A stretch of 64,000 nucleotides of DNA from Octopus bimaculoides (taxonomy: Eukaryota), in the NCBI RefSeq assembly GCF_001194135.2, contig NC_068989.1, positions 50,915,440 to 50,979,439 on the forward strand. Reading direction: 5' to 3'. A program made the position numbers and the translations under genes. Position 1 is the stretch's first letter; the number at the start of each line of letters is the position of its first letter. Of the stretch, positions 24,650 to 35,795 are shown one piece after another. The notes beneath the pieces are model-generated. The model saw nothing but the letters and a program-made list of their open reading frames with translations, was not told where the DNA came from and did not search any database.

Positions 24650-25395
24650 TACATTAAAATAACTTCAAATACTAAAGAGTAAATTAATTCAATAAAATCG
24701 CCATTAGCTTCAACCACGGCCTCCAGACGACTTCGGAATATCCTGCAACACTTCTGGACGGTCTCCTTGTCTTAAGTTGGAGAATGCTGCCATAAACTTT
24801 GTCTTCAGTTCATCTTTGGTGTTACAAGGAGTTTTGTTTGCCTCTCGCTCAACTGAGCATCACATATAATAATCAAGAGGGTTGCAATCTGTGGAGTTAG
24901 GTGGCCAGATGTTAGGAGTGAAGCAGTCACATAAATTGTCTAATAGCATTGACTGGATTCTCCTGCTTGTGTGGCATGGTGTAGATTCTTGTTTCCACTC
25001 TCTTGACCCGGCTTATTATTACCTCCTCCAAGCACATGATGTAGGCCTCTGTGTTGTGTCTAAGTTCGTGTGAGAAGATGAATGGAGGTATAACGTCGCG
25101 ATCGCTAGTGATCACTCCAAACAGTATGATGTTGCCTGGAGGTTTGATTGTTATCACTCTCGGTGCATGCCCTCAGATTGGCATCCAGACTCACCGAAAT
25201 GTTCGTATTGGAGCTTTTGGCGTTAATGCCAAGTAGTATAGCATGTCATTTCCAAATTTCTGGCATATTGAATTGCTTCATGGTGCTGGTTTTCTCACAG
25301 ACGGTGCCTAATTGGCTCTACGATAGTGTGTTGTCGGCAAAATCAAAGATATACGGGCATGAAATGAAAAATAGAAAATGGTGACGATGGGGTGT
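24650..25395 (-). mobile_element. maT / DD37D Tc1-mariner element, internally deleted
   Basis: LFGVITSDRDVIPPFIFSHELRHNTEAYIMCLEEV..WKQESTPCHTSRRIQS..WPPNSTDCNPLDYY; exactly 37 residues between the D2-position residue (E here) and D3; C-terminus RLEAVVEANGDFIE*. Confidence 0.88.
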
Positions 25396-25412
25396 GTGTG
25401 AGTATGTGTGTG

Positions 25413-25473
<61 letters not shown>

Positions 25474-25614
25474 TTTAAGTATTTGTTCTAAAGACGCTTA
25501 ATGTGAAAATATATCCTGAAACAGATTGTGTTTAATTCGGGGATGGTATTTTTTCTTTTTGCGAATACTATTATTCGATATTCACTTTAGCTATATTCTT
25601 ATTATTAATCTCTT

Positions 25615-25659
25615 TGTCAGATTTCCTTCGTTACACATTCTGTGACTTCTTCAGTGACA
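25615..25659 (-). ncRNA. Degenerate minimal hammerhead ribozyme motif
   Basis: Minus: TGTCA-CTGAAGA-A-GTCAC-AGAATGT-GTAAC-GAAG-GAAA-TC-TGACA. Stem I TGTCA/TGACA is perfect, stem II has 4/5 pairs, and the core and stem III are mutated. Confidence 0.55.
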
Positions 25660-25732
25660 CATATCACAGAAACACAAAACGAATAGAAAGGACAAAACCA
25701 AAGGGAAGACACGATGAAGACACAATAGAATA

Positions 25733-25764
25733 TCAGTGACGAGGTCACAGAATGGGTGACGAAA
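25733..25764 (+). ncRNA. Second hammerhead-like motif, inverted relative to 25615-25659
   Basis: Plus: TCA-GTGACGA-G-GTCAC-AGAATGG-GTGAC-GAAA. Perfect 5-bp stem II and GAAA; C3 changed to G; stems I and III not restored. Confidence 0.45.
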
Positions 25765-25887
25765 GAACAATAACAAAATCTACTACTATACTACTACTAC
25801 ACGTGCAAAGCCATTTAATACCAGAAATGAACGGACCGGTACCCTACGAGAACGTTATTCCTCATAAATGATGACTTAACACAACAT

Positions 25888-26774
25888 TCGAGAGGATACC
25901 CAAAAGGAACAAGAATTTTGCAAAATTATTACATTCACTCAAGTTTACATGTTTACCTTTTATTGACTTCAAAGTATTCTCCATTTGAAGCAATGCATCG
26001 ATCCAGGTTCGCTTTCCAATGCTTGAAGCAGTGCTGGAACGCTTGCTAAGTGATGCATTTTAGGGCCACCATTGTTTTTTTTTTTTTTAATTTAAACGTC
26101 TTCTACATCTGCGTACGTATTCCGAAGTATCGGCTTTTGTCACCAGTGATGACCTTCGAAAAAAGGTCCAGTTCACGGCACTCATACTCGAGACTGCGTT
26201 TCACCTTCCGTGAACAAGTAAGGCACAAATTTGGCTGCAACTTTTTTCATTCGCAATTCTTCGCTCAAACTTCGTTGGCAGAAGCTCCACGACACACAAA
26301 TTATATCAACAAGTTCGACATTTGTTCGGTCCTCCAAGATCAGTTTATAAATTTTCATGATGTTTTCTTTCGTTCCGGATGTCAACAGTCGTCCTAGACG
26401 AGCTTGGCTTTCAAGCAACCGGTGACCATTCCTAAAGTGTGAAAACCACTCGTAAACTTCTGATTTGTTCATGATAGCGTCCTTCTCAGATGTTTGAAGC
26501 ATGAAAACTATTTCGTCAGCCATTTTTCCCAGCAGAAAACGGAATTTCACGGAAGCACGTTGTTCATTCGTTTCAGCCATCGTAAAAATCGACAAACAGG
26601 AGAGAAGCACTGCAAAACAAAGACGCACCACGTGAAAGTACTACCGGTGAGGACGCCGGTTGGCAGATGGATGCCCCAAGGGCACATCAAGTGGATCGTA
26701 GCGCACGAAGTTGGAACTACATCGGACTTGTTAGACATAGAACTTTTCCGGTTCCTTTTAAGTACTCCTTCGTA
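25888..26774 (-). mobile_element. Internally deleted mariner (DD34D family) with both TIRs
   Basis: TIRs: TCGAGAGGATACCCAAAAGGAACAAGAATTTT (25888-) and AACTTTTCCGGTTCCTTTTAAGTACTCCTTCGTA (-26774). N-terminus MAETNEQRASVKFRFLLGK..VYEWFSHF..KKVAAKFVP, D1 KVITGDKS, then jumps to the C-terminal FQHCFKHW..RCIASNGEYFEV. Confidence 0.9.
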
Positions 26775-27652
26775 TTTTTCAGATATTATGGCAGAAAATA
26801 TTTCATTTTCAGAACAGCTGGTTTGGTACATGTGTACGTTGGTGAGGACGCCAACATGTAGAATTAACGTAAATATGAAGTCCAAACCTCGTTACTATGA
26901 AGAACATACCCGCTCATTATATTACAAAACCTTGTATATTATTCTGACCAATAAAGCACTTATATTAGTAAATTTCAGACATTACTTCACTGCGGATATC
27001 AAATAAGATTGAGACGTATCTGGAAGAATTTTCCCTGCACTTTCGATGATCTGACACAAACCCCACTGTACTGTTATGTAATTTTAAATTATTAAAAATG
27101 TGGGATTGTCTCCTAATCGTTCATTAGCTTCAATAAACCAAGAATAATTGTTTAGATATTGTTTGTTGTCGTTACCAAATACTTTATCAAAATTAATCTA
27201 AATGTCGTAGCGCTCAATTTACAAGAATACCTCATTGTCTTATGTAAATTATCTGTAGCTGTGTTGCCATTAATGTCAATATATTATTATTTGTATCGCT
27301 TGCTGACTCGCAATGCACAGAACAACTCTCAGGAAAGGGGAGTGAGTTCATAATACAGATTTGCTATTCAAAACACATAAACCTTATTTTAATCTGTAGG
27401 GAAGAAATACACAGATTCACAACTTCCTGAGAGAAATTGAGAAATGTATGCGCGTTCTAAGAACACAAAACCTAAGCAACAGATTGAAACGCAAAATGAA
27501 TATTTACTTATCGTTATTAATTTTATGGGTTAAACATGCAGAAATAACTAAAGGAAATATCAAGGGAGAATATTACCATTCCTAAAAATATTCTCAGCGG
27601 ATAAAGCATCGATTAAATAAAGTATTCTTAATATATCATAAAAAACAGACAA

Positions 27653-27654
<2 letters not shown>

Positions 27655-27718
<64 letters not shown>

Positions 27719-27755
27719 TACATATCTATCTGTCTATCTGTCTATCTATCTATCT
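27655..27755. repeat. (ATCT)n tetranucleotide microsatellite
   Basis: Direct read; similar arrays at 38821-38890, 60260-60298 and 63830-63912. Confidence 0.95.
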
Positions 27756-27871
27756 ATGTTTGTGCGTTTGTCTGTTTGAGTGTGCGTCTTCGTGTGTATC
27801 TTAAGTCTGTGTCCCTATATCTATATNNNNNNNNNNTATATATACATATATATATATATACACACACACAT

Positions 27872-29257
27872 ACATGATGGGAGTAAATAGACACCGAATT
27901 AAACATCGTTTACTGTTTATTCTAACTTTTAAAGGCTTATATGTTTATTACTTGAAATTTTTGTTTCAGGTTCTATATGTGACTGTTTAATCATGCCCTG
28001 TACAAAATAAACCTCTGAACTGTCTAAATTGGTGGAGATAGTCAGCATAAAATCACAGAAACCTTGCGATCCCAATTTCTATAGTTAATGGAGTAATTAT
28101 GCAATTAACCAGAGAGGGTAACGGGTCCACATCATCTTGCCCAGATCAACCAAGTTTCTCTGACAGAACTCTTCTTTTTGCTAAGGGGAGTACGGAGGAT
28201 AATCCTCGTTGCAAGGCCTCTGACATAGCAGACCACGTTGTTGTCAGTCCCAGAACAGATGCCAAGTATCTCCATAAACTCGGTCACTATGACAGGGCAG
28301 CAAGAAGGATGATGTTTTCGATCAGCCAACATCCAGCGGAGAAACGATTGAGCGTGTGAGGCCCTGGAGAGGCCACTAACATTTTGGGACACTGCCATAT
28401 TCTCTGATGAGTACATATTTTCTGAATTTTCCGATAGTGGTCAAGTGTGTGTCTGGAGACTCTGACATCAAGAATTTGATGTGAAAAGATCGCCGCCAAC
28501 CATGAAACACGGAAGCTATGCTGTGATGGTCTAGAGAGCGCTTTGGAGCAATGGTTGTTCAGAGCTGGTGGAATTTGCGGGGAACATAATCTTTTCTACT
28601 CTAGGCACAAGTCCTGAAATTATGGGGGAGTGGGCCAGTCGATTGCATCGATCCCAGTAGGCAACTGGTACTTATTTATCGACCCTGAATGGATGAAAGG
28701 CAAAGTCGACCACGGCGGAAATTGAACACTGAACGTAAAGACAGACGAAAAGATGGGAACGTGATCTCTCATAAATGCATGTCCATATTGCAAAAAGGAC
28801 TCCTTTCAATCTTCTCCAGCGCTGAAATGATTAAAGAAAGACTATTTATGGAAGATAGGACTCCTTGTCACACGGCTAAAATGACCCAGAATATGTTGCT
28901 TGAGAATGGCATTGAAAAGCTTCAATGGCCAATCCCGTTACCATGTATGAACCATATTGCACACCTACTGGATATAGTGGACGGGACACTTCATGAAGAT
29001 AGCAAGAAAGCATCATCAAAACCAGATAATTTGAGATTACTGCATGGAACTTGGCAAGAAATTCTCTGAGAGAATATTCATCATCTGATTTGATTTGTAA
29101 CATGTCTAATGGGGTCCCTGCATTGAAAAATGCAAAAGACATGTCTACTAACTATTAAATATTCACATTATAACAATTATTGAATAATTTGATAGTACAA
29201 TATTAGATTTAAATAAATTTTAATGACTATAAGCATGTCTATTTATTTTTGACATGT
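27872..29257 (+). mobile_element. Tc1-like (DD34E-type) transposon, near full length and decayed, carrying a SINE insertion
   Basis: FWDTAIFSDE (D1), TMKHGSYAVMV, LFMEDRTPCHTAK (D2), IEKLQWP..CMNHIAHL (decayed DLNPIE). Imperfect ~23-bp TIRs ACATGATGGGAGTAAATAGACAC / ATGTCTATTTATTTTTGACATGT. Confidence 0.8.
28591..28754 (-). mobile_element. Family A SINE (5'-truncated) nested in the Tc1 element
   Basis: Matches the body of family A; flanked by an imperfect direct repeat GGGAACATAATCT (28580-28592) / GGGAACGTGATCT (28755-28767). Confidence 0.9.
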
Positions 29258-29439
29258 CTGTGTATACACTCTCACACGCACAAGCGCGCGCGTACACACA
29301 CACACACACACACATACACACATGCACACACATAAACAAAAATATACAGCGTACGGTGAATATATTGTCGTCTAAATTAAATGAAAGTAACAGACATCTC
29401 AGTTTAAACATATATATTTACCAACATTACAGAAAAATA

Positions 29440-29875
29440 CCTTGAAATACTAAAGAGTAAAATTATTCAATAAAATCGCCATTCGCTGCAACTACGGCTT
29501 GTAAACCACTTCAGAATCTCTTGCAACTCTTCTAGACAGTCTCCCTGTTGAAGTTGGAGAATGCTGCCATAATCCTACCTTTCAGTTCATCTTTGGTGTT
29601 ACAAGGAGTTTTGTTGGTTTCTTGCTCAATTGCGCCCCACACATAATAATCAAGACGATTGAAATCTGGGGAGTTAGGTGGCCAGATATCAGTGGGGGCT
29701 GTGGTCAGAGAAAATGTCTGACAACCATGAGTGGGATCTCCTGCATGGTGCAGAATCCTGTCTCCAAACATAGGGTCTGCCAGCAGCCACCCTCATTCTT
29801 GACCCAGGGCAGCACTACCTCCTCAACACACTTGATATAAGCCTGTGTGTTGAGTCTGAGGCCGTGTCGGAAGAT

Positions 29876-29878
<3 letters not shown>
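29440..29878 (-). mobile_element. Second maT/DD37D copy (3' part), same family as 24650-25395
   Basis: IFRHGLRLNTQAYIKCVEEVVLPWVK..RQDSAPC..IWPPNSPDFNRLDYYVWGAIEQETNKTPCNTKDELKGRIMAAFSNFNRETV; high nucleotide similarity to the 24.7-kb copy; ends at a (TA)n tract. Confidence 0.9.
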
Positions 29879-29933
<55 letters not shown>

Positions 29934-30694
29934 CATGTGTGTGTGTGTAAAAGTAATGATGAATATATGTATTAGTCTACTCGTGCAATTTAATTTCTAG
30001 ACAACTTATATTTCATATAAAATACATTAACATAAACTTCCCTTTAGACAGTATGTTTATCATATAAATTGAGATTGGAAGGAATTTATGCCAACAATGT
30101 TGTTGATATTTTCATCATAATATTTTTGTCGTAGTTGTTAATACTGATTGCCACTTCGATGACAATAGTTTTAAGAGGCAATTTTATGTTTTGCATTGTC
30201 TTTCAGTCTTGATTTGTTTATGCTATACGCTAAAGCTAATGTATTATTTCTTAAAATAAATAAAGGCAATAGAGACGTTTAAAGACAAATAGTTATGAAA
30301 AAGAATCTTAATAGACAAAATAGACCTCTTTTGTCAAGATTAAATATAAAATGAATCAACAATCACGAAAGACAACCTTTGTAGTTAATATATTTTTAGT
30401 ACGATTTTTATGTTAATATATTTTAGTACGATTATCTACAATTCGAAATTGATGTCTGGCATATGTATTTGTTTAATTCTTTAAGAATAAATAATGATTG
30501 CAAGAGTGAAGTAGATGTCAAAACTTGTAAGATTTAATCTATCTTATTCCATATAAAATACATGCATAAATATTTATAAATAGAGACGCACACATAGACA
30601 GATATCTATATATAAGCATACATCTATATATTTAAATAGACAGTGACACTCATACACACGCGCGCGGGCTCTCAGACACACACACACATACACA

Positions 30695-30726
<32 letters not shown>

Positions 30727-30870
30727 TACACACACACACATATATATGATATTAATGTTTGTTTTTATGTTCAATTATAATGAAAAAAGTGATGGCATGT
30801 TGTCAACTTAATGTGACAGTCCCATGAAAGGGAAGAATGCTACTGCTATTTAGAACCAGGAAACCACGAC

Positions 30871-31130
30871 GCCATATGACGTCGTGGTTAAGAGCTCGGG
30901 CTACTAACCCCAAGATTCCGAGTTNNNNNNNNNNGCCATATGACGTCGTGGTTAAGAGCTCGGGCTACTAACCCCAAGATTCCGAGTTTGATTCCAGGCA
31001 GTGACCTGAATAATAACATCGAAAAATACCTTAGGAATGAGAACCCAGGTTCGAAATTTCCCCAAAACACCTATGAAGGCTGGAGGGTATATCAGTCGAA
31101 ACTTGTGTTAACAACAAACAAGACGACAAA
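30871..31130 (+). mobile_element. tRNA-headed SINE-like element with a 3' hammerhead-like motif (head duplicated across a 10-N gap)
   Basis: A-box-like GTCGTGGTTAAG, anticodon-arm-like GGG-CTACTAA-CCC, B-box GAGTTTGATTCC, a second GGTTCGAAATTTCC at 31048, and a hammerhead-like motif at 31066-31109. The 5' limit is uncertain. Confidence 0.7.
31066..31109 (+). ncRNA. Degenerate minimal type I hammerhead ribozyme
   Basis: AACAC-CT(G)ATGA-A-GGCTG-GAGGGTATAT-CAGTC-GAAAC-(G)TT-GTGTT. Stem I AACAC/GTGTT and stem II GGCTG/CAGTC pair fully. Two single-G restorations give CUGAUGA and the palindromic ACGT stem III. Confidence 0.6.
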
Positions 31131-31790
31131 TTTCCACTGCTTTGATTGTTCTTTGGTTTCGGGTTGGTAGTGATGAACCCAACTTTCGTCCATAGTAATG
31201 AAACGAGCAAGAAAATTCTCTTCACTGCCTTCAAACAGTTCCAGATTGCCCGTGGACAAAGTGCACCAGGTGCGTTTCTGTTGAGGAGTCAAAAGGCGAG
31301 GGACCAACCTTGCGGAAACCTTTGAGAACCCAAGTACTTTTGTCACAATGTTGTCTGCTCTTTCAGTTGAGATGCCCAGTCTCTCCGCTATCTGACGACA
31401 TGATATTCGGCGACCTTGCATTATCATACCAAGAGCAAAGTTAGGGTTGCAGTTGGAGGTTTTCCTGGTCTGGGATCATCTTCCACACTCTCGCTGCCAC
31501 GCTTGAATTCATTTACCAGCGCTTGACTGTTGCATATGAAGGAGCATTGTCTGTTAAGTTTCTCAGCATATCTTCATGGATTTCTGATGGAGTCATGCGT
31601 TTCAAATGAAGCTACTTTATGAGAGCATGATACTCAGTTTTCTCCCTTTTCCTTGTAAACTCGACACTTATTTATTCAAAAATTTGCAACAATAAAAATT
31701 AAAATATCAGAATCATGAACATGAGCAAGAATACTCCGAAAAGACTACTTACCACAAAAAAATTGTTTCAGCTATCTAGCAACCCCTTTT
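31131..31790 (-). mobile_element. Mariner 5' half (HTH domains to D1), truncated
   Basis: RRISCRQIAERLGISTERADNIVTKVLGFSKVSARLVPRLLTPQQKR..FLARFITMDESWVHHYQPETKEQSKQWK; upstream EDDPRPGKP-type motif on the same strand. Confidence 0.9.
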
Positions 31791-31884
31791 CAAGGTTAGG
31801 CTAACAATTTTCATACGCCCCTGTTGTGTACGTGCGTACATTTATGCCTATATGTGTATGATTTTCGTGTGTGCGTATGCATAC

Positions 31885-31920
<36 letters not shown>

Positions 31921-32821
31921 NNNNNNNNNNNNNNNNNNNNNNNNNNNNNNNNNNNNNNNNNNNNNNNNNNNNNNNNNNNNNNNNNNNNNNNNNNNNNNNN
32001 NNNNNNNNNNNNNNNNNNNNNNNNNNNNNNNNNNNNNNNNNNNNNNNNNNNNNNNNNNNNNNNNNNNNNNNNNNNNNNNNNNNNNNNNNNNNNNNNNNNN
32101 NNNNNNNNNNNNNNNNNNNNNNNNNNNNNNNNNNNNNNNNNNNNNNNNNNNNNNNNNNNNNNNNNNNNNNNNNNNNNNNNNNNNNNNNNNNNNNNNNNNN
32201 NNNNNNNNNNNNNNNNNNNNNNNNNNNNNNNNNNNNNNNNNNNNNNNNNNNNNNNNNNNNNNNNNNNNNNNNNNNNNNNNNNNNNNNNNNNNNNNNNNNN
32301 NNNNNNNNNNNNNNNNNNNNNNNNNNNNNNNNNNNNNNNNNNNNNNNNNNNNNNNNNNNNNNNNNNNNNNNNNNNNNNNNNNNNNNNNNNNNNNNNNNNN
32401 NNNNNNNNNNNNNNNNNNNNNNNNNNNNNNNNNNNNNNNNNNNNNNNNNNNNNNNNNNNNNNNNNNNNNNNNNNNNNNNNNNNNNNNNNNNNNNNNNNNN
32501 NNNNNNNNNNNNNNNNNNNNNNNNNNNNNNNNNNNNNNNNNNNNNNNNNNNNNNNNNNNNNNNNNNNNNNNNNNNNNNNNNNNNNNNNNNNNNNNNNNNN
32601 NNNNNNNNNNNNNNNNNNNNNNNNNNNNNNNNNNNNNNNNNNNNNNNNNNNNNNNNNNNNNNNNNNNNNNNNNNNNNNNNNNNNNNNNNNNNNNNNNNNN
32701 NNNNNNNNNNNNNNNNNNNNNNNNNNNNNNNNNNNNNNNNNNNNNNNNNNNNNNNNNNNNNNNNNNNNNNNNNNNNNNNNNNNNNNNNNNNNNNNNNNNN
32801 NNNNNNNNNNNNNNNNNNNNN

Positions 32822-32864
<43 letters not shown>

Positions 32865-34424
32865 GAGAGAGAGAGAGAGAGACATACATACACCATGTAT
32901 TTACTTACTACATTTTATTTACATGTCTGTTTATTTATTTACTAATAAATACAAACAAATATATTGTGTAATGGGATTTCAAGATAATCATTTGTTTCCG
33001 CTTATTTGAAATCGAAATAAAACCTCGAATAATTGAAATAAATGCACTTTCTAAACATTACACAGCGATTTGAGTTTCTTGGGGAATAGAAAGTGGAGTC
33101 GTAATATATATATTAAAAGAATTGCGATATGCATGCAAACAATTGAAATACACACATTTCTTTGTTTTACATTAAATGAACAGAAGCCTGGAAAAAAATC
33201 ATAAACGTTATCCGTTAATAAAATAACTCCAGATCTATGGCAAGCATCAAATATGAATTTTACTTAAATTGCAGGAAAGGGAGATAAGTGCTGTCAGCGA
33301 TTAATTACCCATATAATGTTCGAATCCAATTGTCAGTATAGAAAGTTACCCTGAAAAGAAATTTTGTCTCCTCCGAATTGACGAAATGTAGTTGAAATTT
33401 AAAGTAGGCTTTTATTTCCAGTATAAAATAGAACTAGACAACCCAAATATCGTATAGTATACACAGTCAATAAAATTTGCGTCACAAAGCATTTGAATAT
33501 ACATCGTCAAGGGATACGACGCTTGAGTACTTCGCAGATTCCGATAAATGAATATTTAGATTTATGTTCACTAACCAAACAACCAAAATAAGGAGACTTT
33601 TGATATTATTCTCGGCTGAAGTAACTATTAATGTGTATATTTCAAATATATATATATGTATATCGTATTGTACTTCTATCATGTTGATGTGTGTTTTCGT
33701 CTACTCTAACTATACGGATAAACATTTAAGGCACACACCTGGAAATAAGAGAAAAACATATTCTCATGTTCAAGCATAGGCTCAGATTTTGGGCACCTAT
33801 GCATATAAAGGTCAAGTAACACGCACAGCTACTTACTAAGCTTATTGCATTTTCATTTAACAATGTGTCGATATATCTATTCATTCGTCTTTTTGCATTT
33901 TATCCTCCAATAAATATATCTATAGATACATCGAGAGATTGAAGATAGAGAAACGGTTGAACATTGAAATCGTTAATAGTTAAACTTTCATTTTTATTCT
34001 GTGTCGCAATATTCCACTACACAACATTTAGAATCCTGTTACTACTTTCCACTTCGGCCTTCCTTTCAGTCAACACTTACTCATTCACTCTCTCTCTTTG
34101 CCTGCCTGTCCCTTCAACTATACCACATGTTTCAGCACTCACCATGTTTCTATTTCTGTTCTTTCTTCAAGTAACTAACGACCCCACTCTCTCCCTTTCT
34201 CTTCGCCTCGTAATTGAACTATCTATGCGACAACGTCACACATCCAGTCTTAGCGTAATGGCTATGAATTCCCTCTCACCTAATGTATTTAACACTTTAT
34301 GCCCCTCTGTTTTCCTTGCTTTTTGCCTCTCCCTTCAACTAAATCCATAACAGCGTAACGTATTCAGTCTTAGCGTATCAATATATAGATAATAATAGTA
34401 ATGATTTGGCAAATGAACAGCAAT

Positions 34425-34545
34425 CCTCGGGAGGGAGCTAATCGATTTCATTGACACCAGTACTTGATCGGTACTTATTATACCGACCTTAAATGAATGA
34501 AAGATAAAATCGACCTCGGCGGCATTTGAGCACAGAACCTACAAC
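34425..34545 (-). mobile_element. Family A SINE fragment
   Basis: Minus: GTTCTGTGCTCAAATGCCGCCGAGGTCGATTTTATCTTTCATTC..AGTACCGATCAAGTACTGGTGTCAATGAAATCGATTAG. Confidence 0.75.
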
Positions 34546-35627
34546 TGAACTCATTGGGTATGTATATACCATTGCAGGTATTCAAATTAACCTCCTCTCC
34601 TTCTACGGCACAGCACAATATTGAAGACTGTGTATCAATTTCGTGCCCCATTAGCGGATAGATCGACACATTTTATCCTTTGAATAATTAACACTTTCGA
34701 TCTAACTGCTATATTGTTGGAATTTCTGGGAAAATCAACACTTTATAACAAACATATCTAACTTCTGAACTTACAAAAGAGAAGCTTCGGTGATTGTATT
34801 ATGTTGGCAAAGACGTTCTACCTATCAAATTAATAATATGTGTCCATAGAAAAATCTTGTGTATTTGACTCATACAAACTAATACTATGTAAATAAAACG
34901 AAATCCATAAACTTTTTTGCACAGTAAAATTCGGCGACCTTGGAAAGAATATTTATTACACTATTTTAACAGATCGAAGATGCTTGGCAACGTTCATATC
35001 GTTGTGGAAGTAAAACTTTTCGATGTATTGTAATATTAATGTAGTTATTTTGGTTTTGAAGTTGCAACGAAACTATAGGAAAATCTAATTAAAAATATGA
35101 CACAAATGAACAATGAAAATTAAATAATTCCCCATTTAAAAAGGAAAAGAAGTAAACTACTTTTCCAGACCTGTTATTGTGTGAATTTTCTTTTATTTAT
35201 AGATGACAATTTCATTGCAAATATTTCTTGAAGTGTGTGAAAGGCAGATACGGAAGACACTTCTTCATATATTGTTGTACAAAACGCGTCAAAAAAAAAA
35301 GATTGCGTGATGAACATTTTCTGAAAGGCAAAAGTAAGTAAATATTCATTAACTTCGTCAGATATGTGGAGGAAATTGTCATCTTCAAAACTACAATATT
35401 TATTTAACTGTCATTTTGCCTTTGAGTTAAACAGTTCTTATCTATTCACGGTTTGACAAATACCCGTGTTACAAGAAGTGTATTTAAAAATAGTTATTAA
35501 GTTTTTGTAGAAATGAAGTGTCAGAAGTTTCGTACTTGCATAATCAAGTACCCATCCATCAAAATGAGAGAAACTGTCATAATTACTCTGCTATCTACAA
35601 AGACGCACAGACGAATAACAAACACAT

Positions 35628-35654
35628 ATATGAAATCAAATATGCATACAATGG

Positions 35655-35685
<31 letters not shown>

Positions 35686-35730
35686 GAAATCAAATATGCA
35701 TACAATGGTATATATATATATGTATATATA
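35628..35730 (+). repeat. 54-bp tandem duplication containing (TA)n, next to a gap
   Basis: TATGAAATCAAATATGCATACAATGGTATATATATATATGTATATATA repeated with period 54. Confidence 0.85.
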
Positions 35731-35751
35731 NNNNNNNNNNNNNNNNNNNNN

Positions 35752-35795
<44 letters not shown>

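Noticed and set aside
30871-30988. Apparent tandem duplication of the tRNA-like head (54 bp twice)
   Set aside because: Exact duplicate on both sides of a 10-N gap, the signature of unmerged contig overlap.
30935-31005. Possible genuine tRNA gene
   Set aside because: No acceptor stem can be formed and it continues into repeat-like sequence; treated as a SINE head.
31801-33009. Very long ORFs of 345-385 aa
   Set aside because: Almost entirely X from a 900-N gap plus (TA)n.
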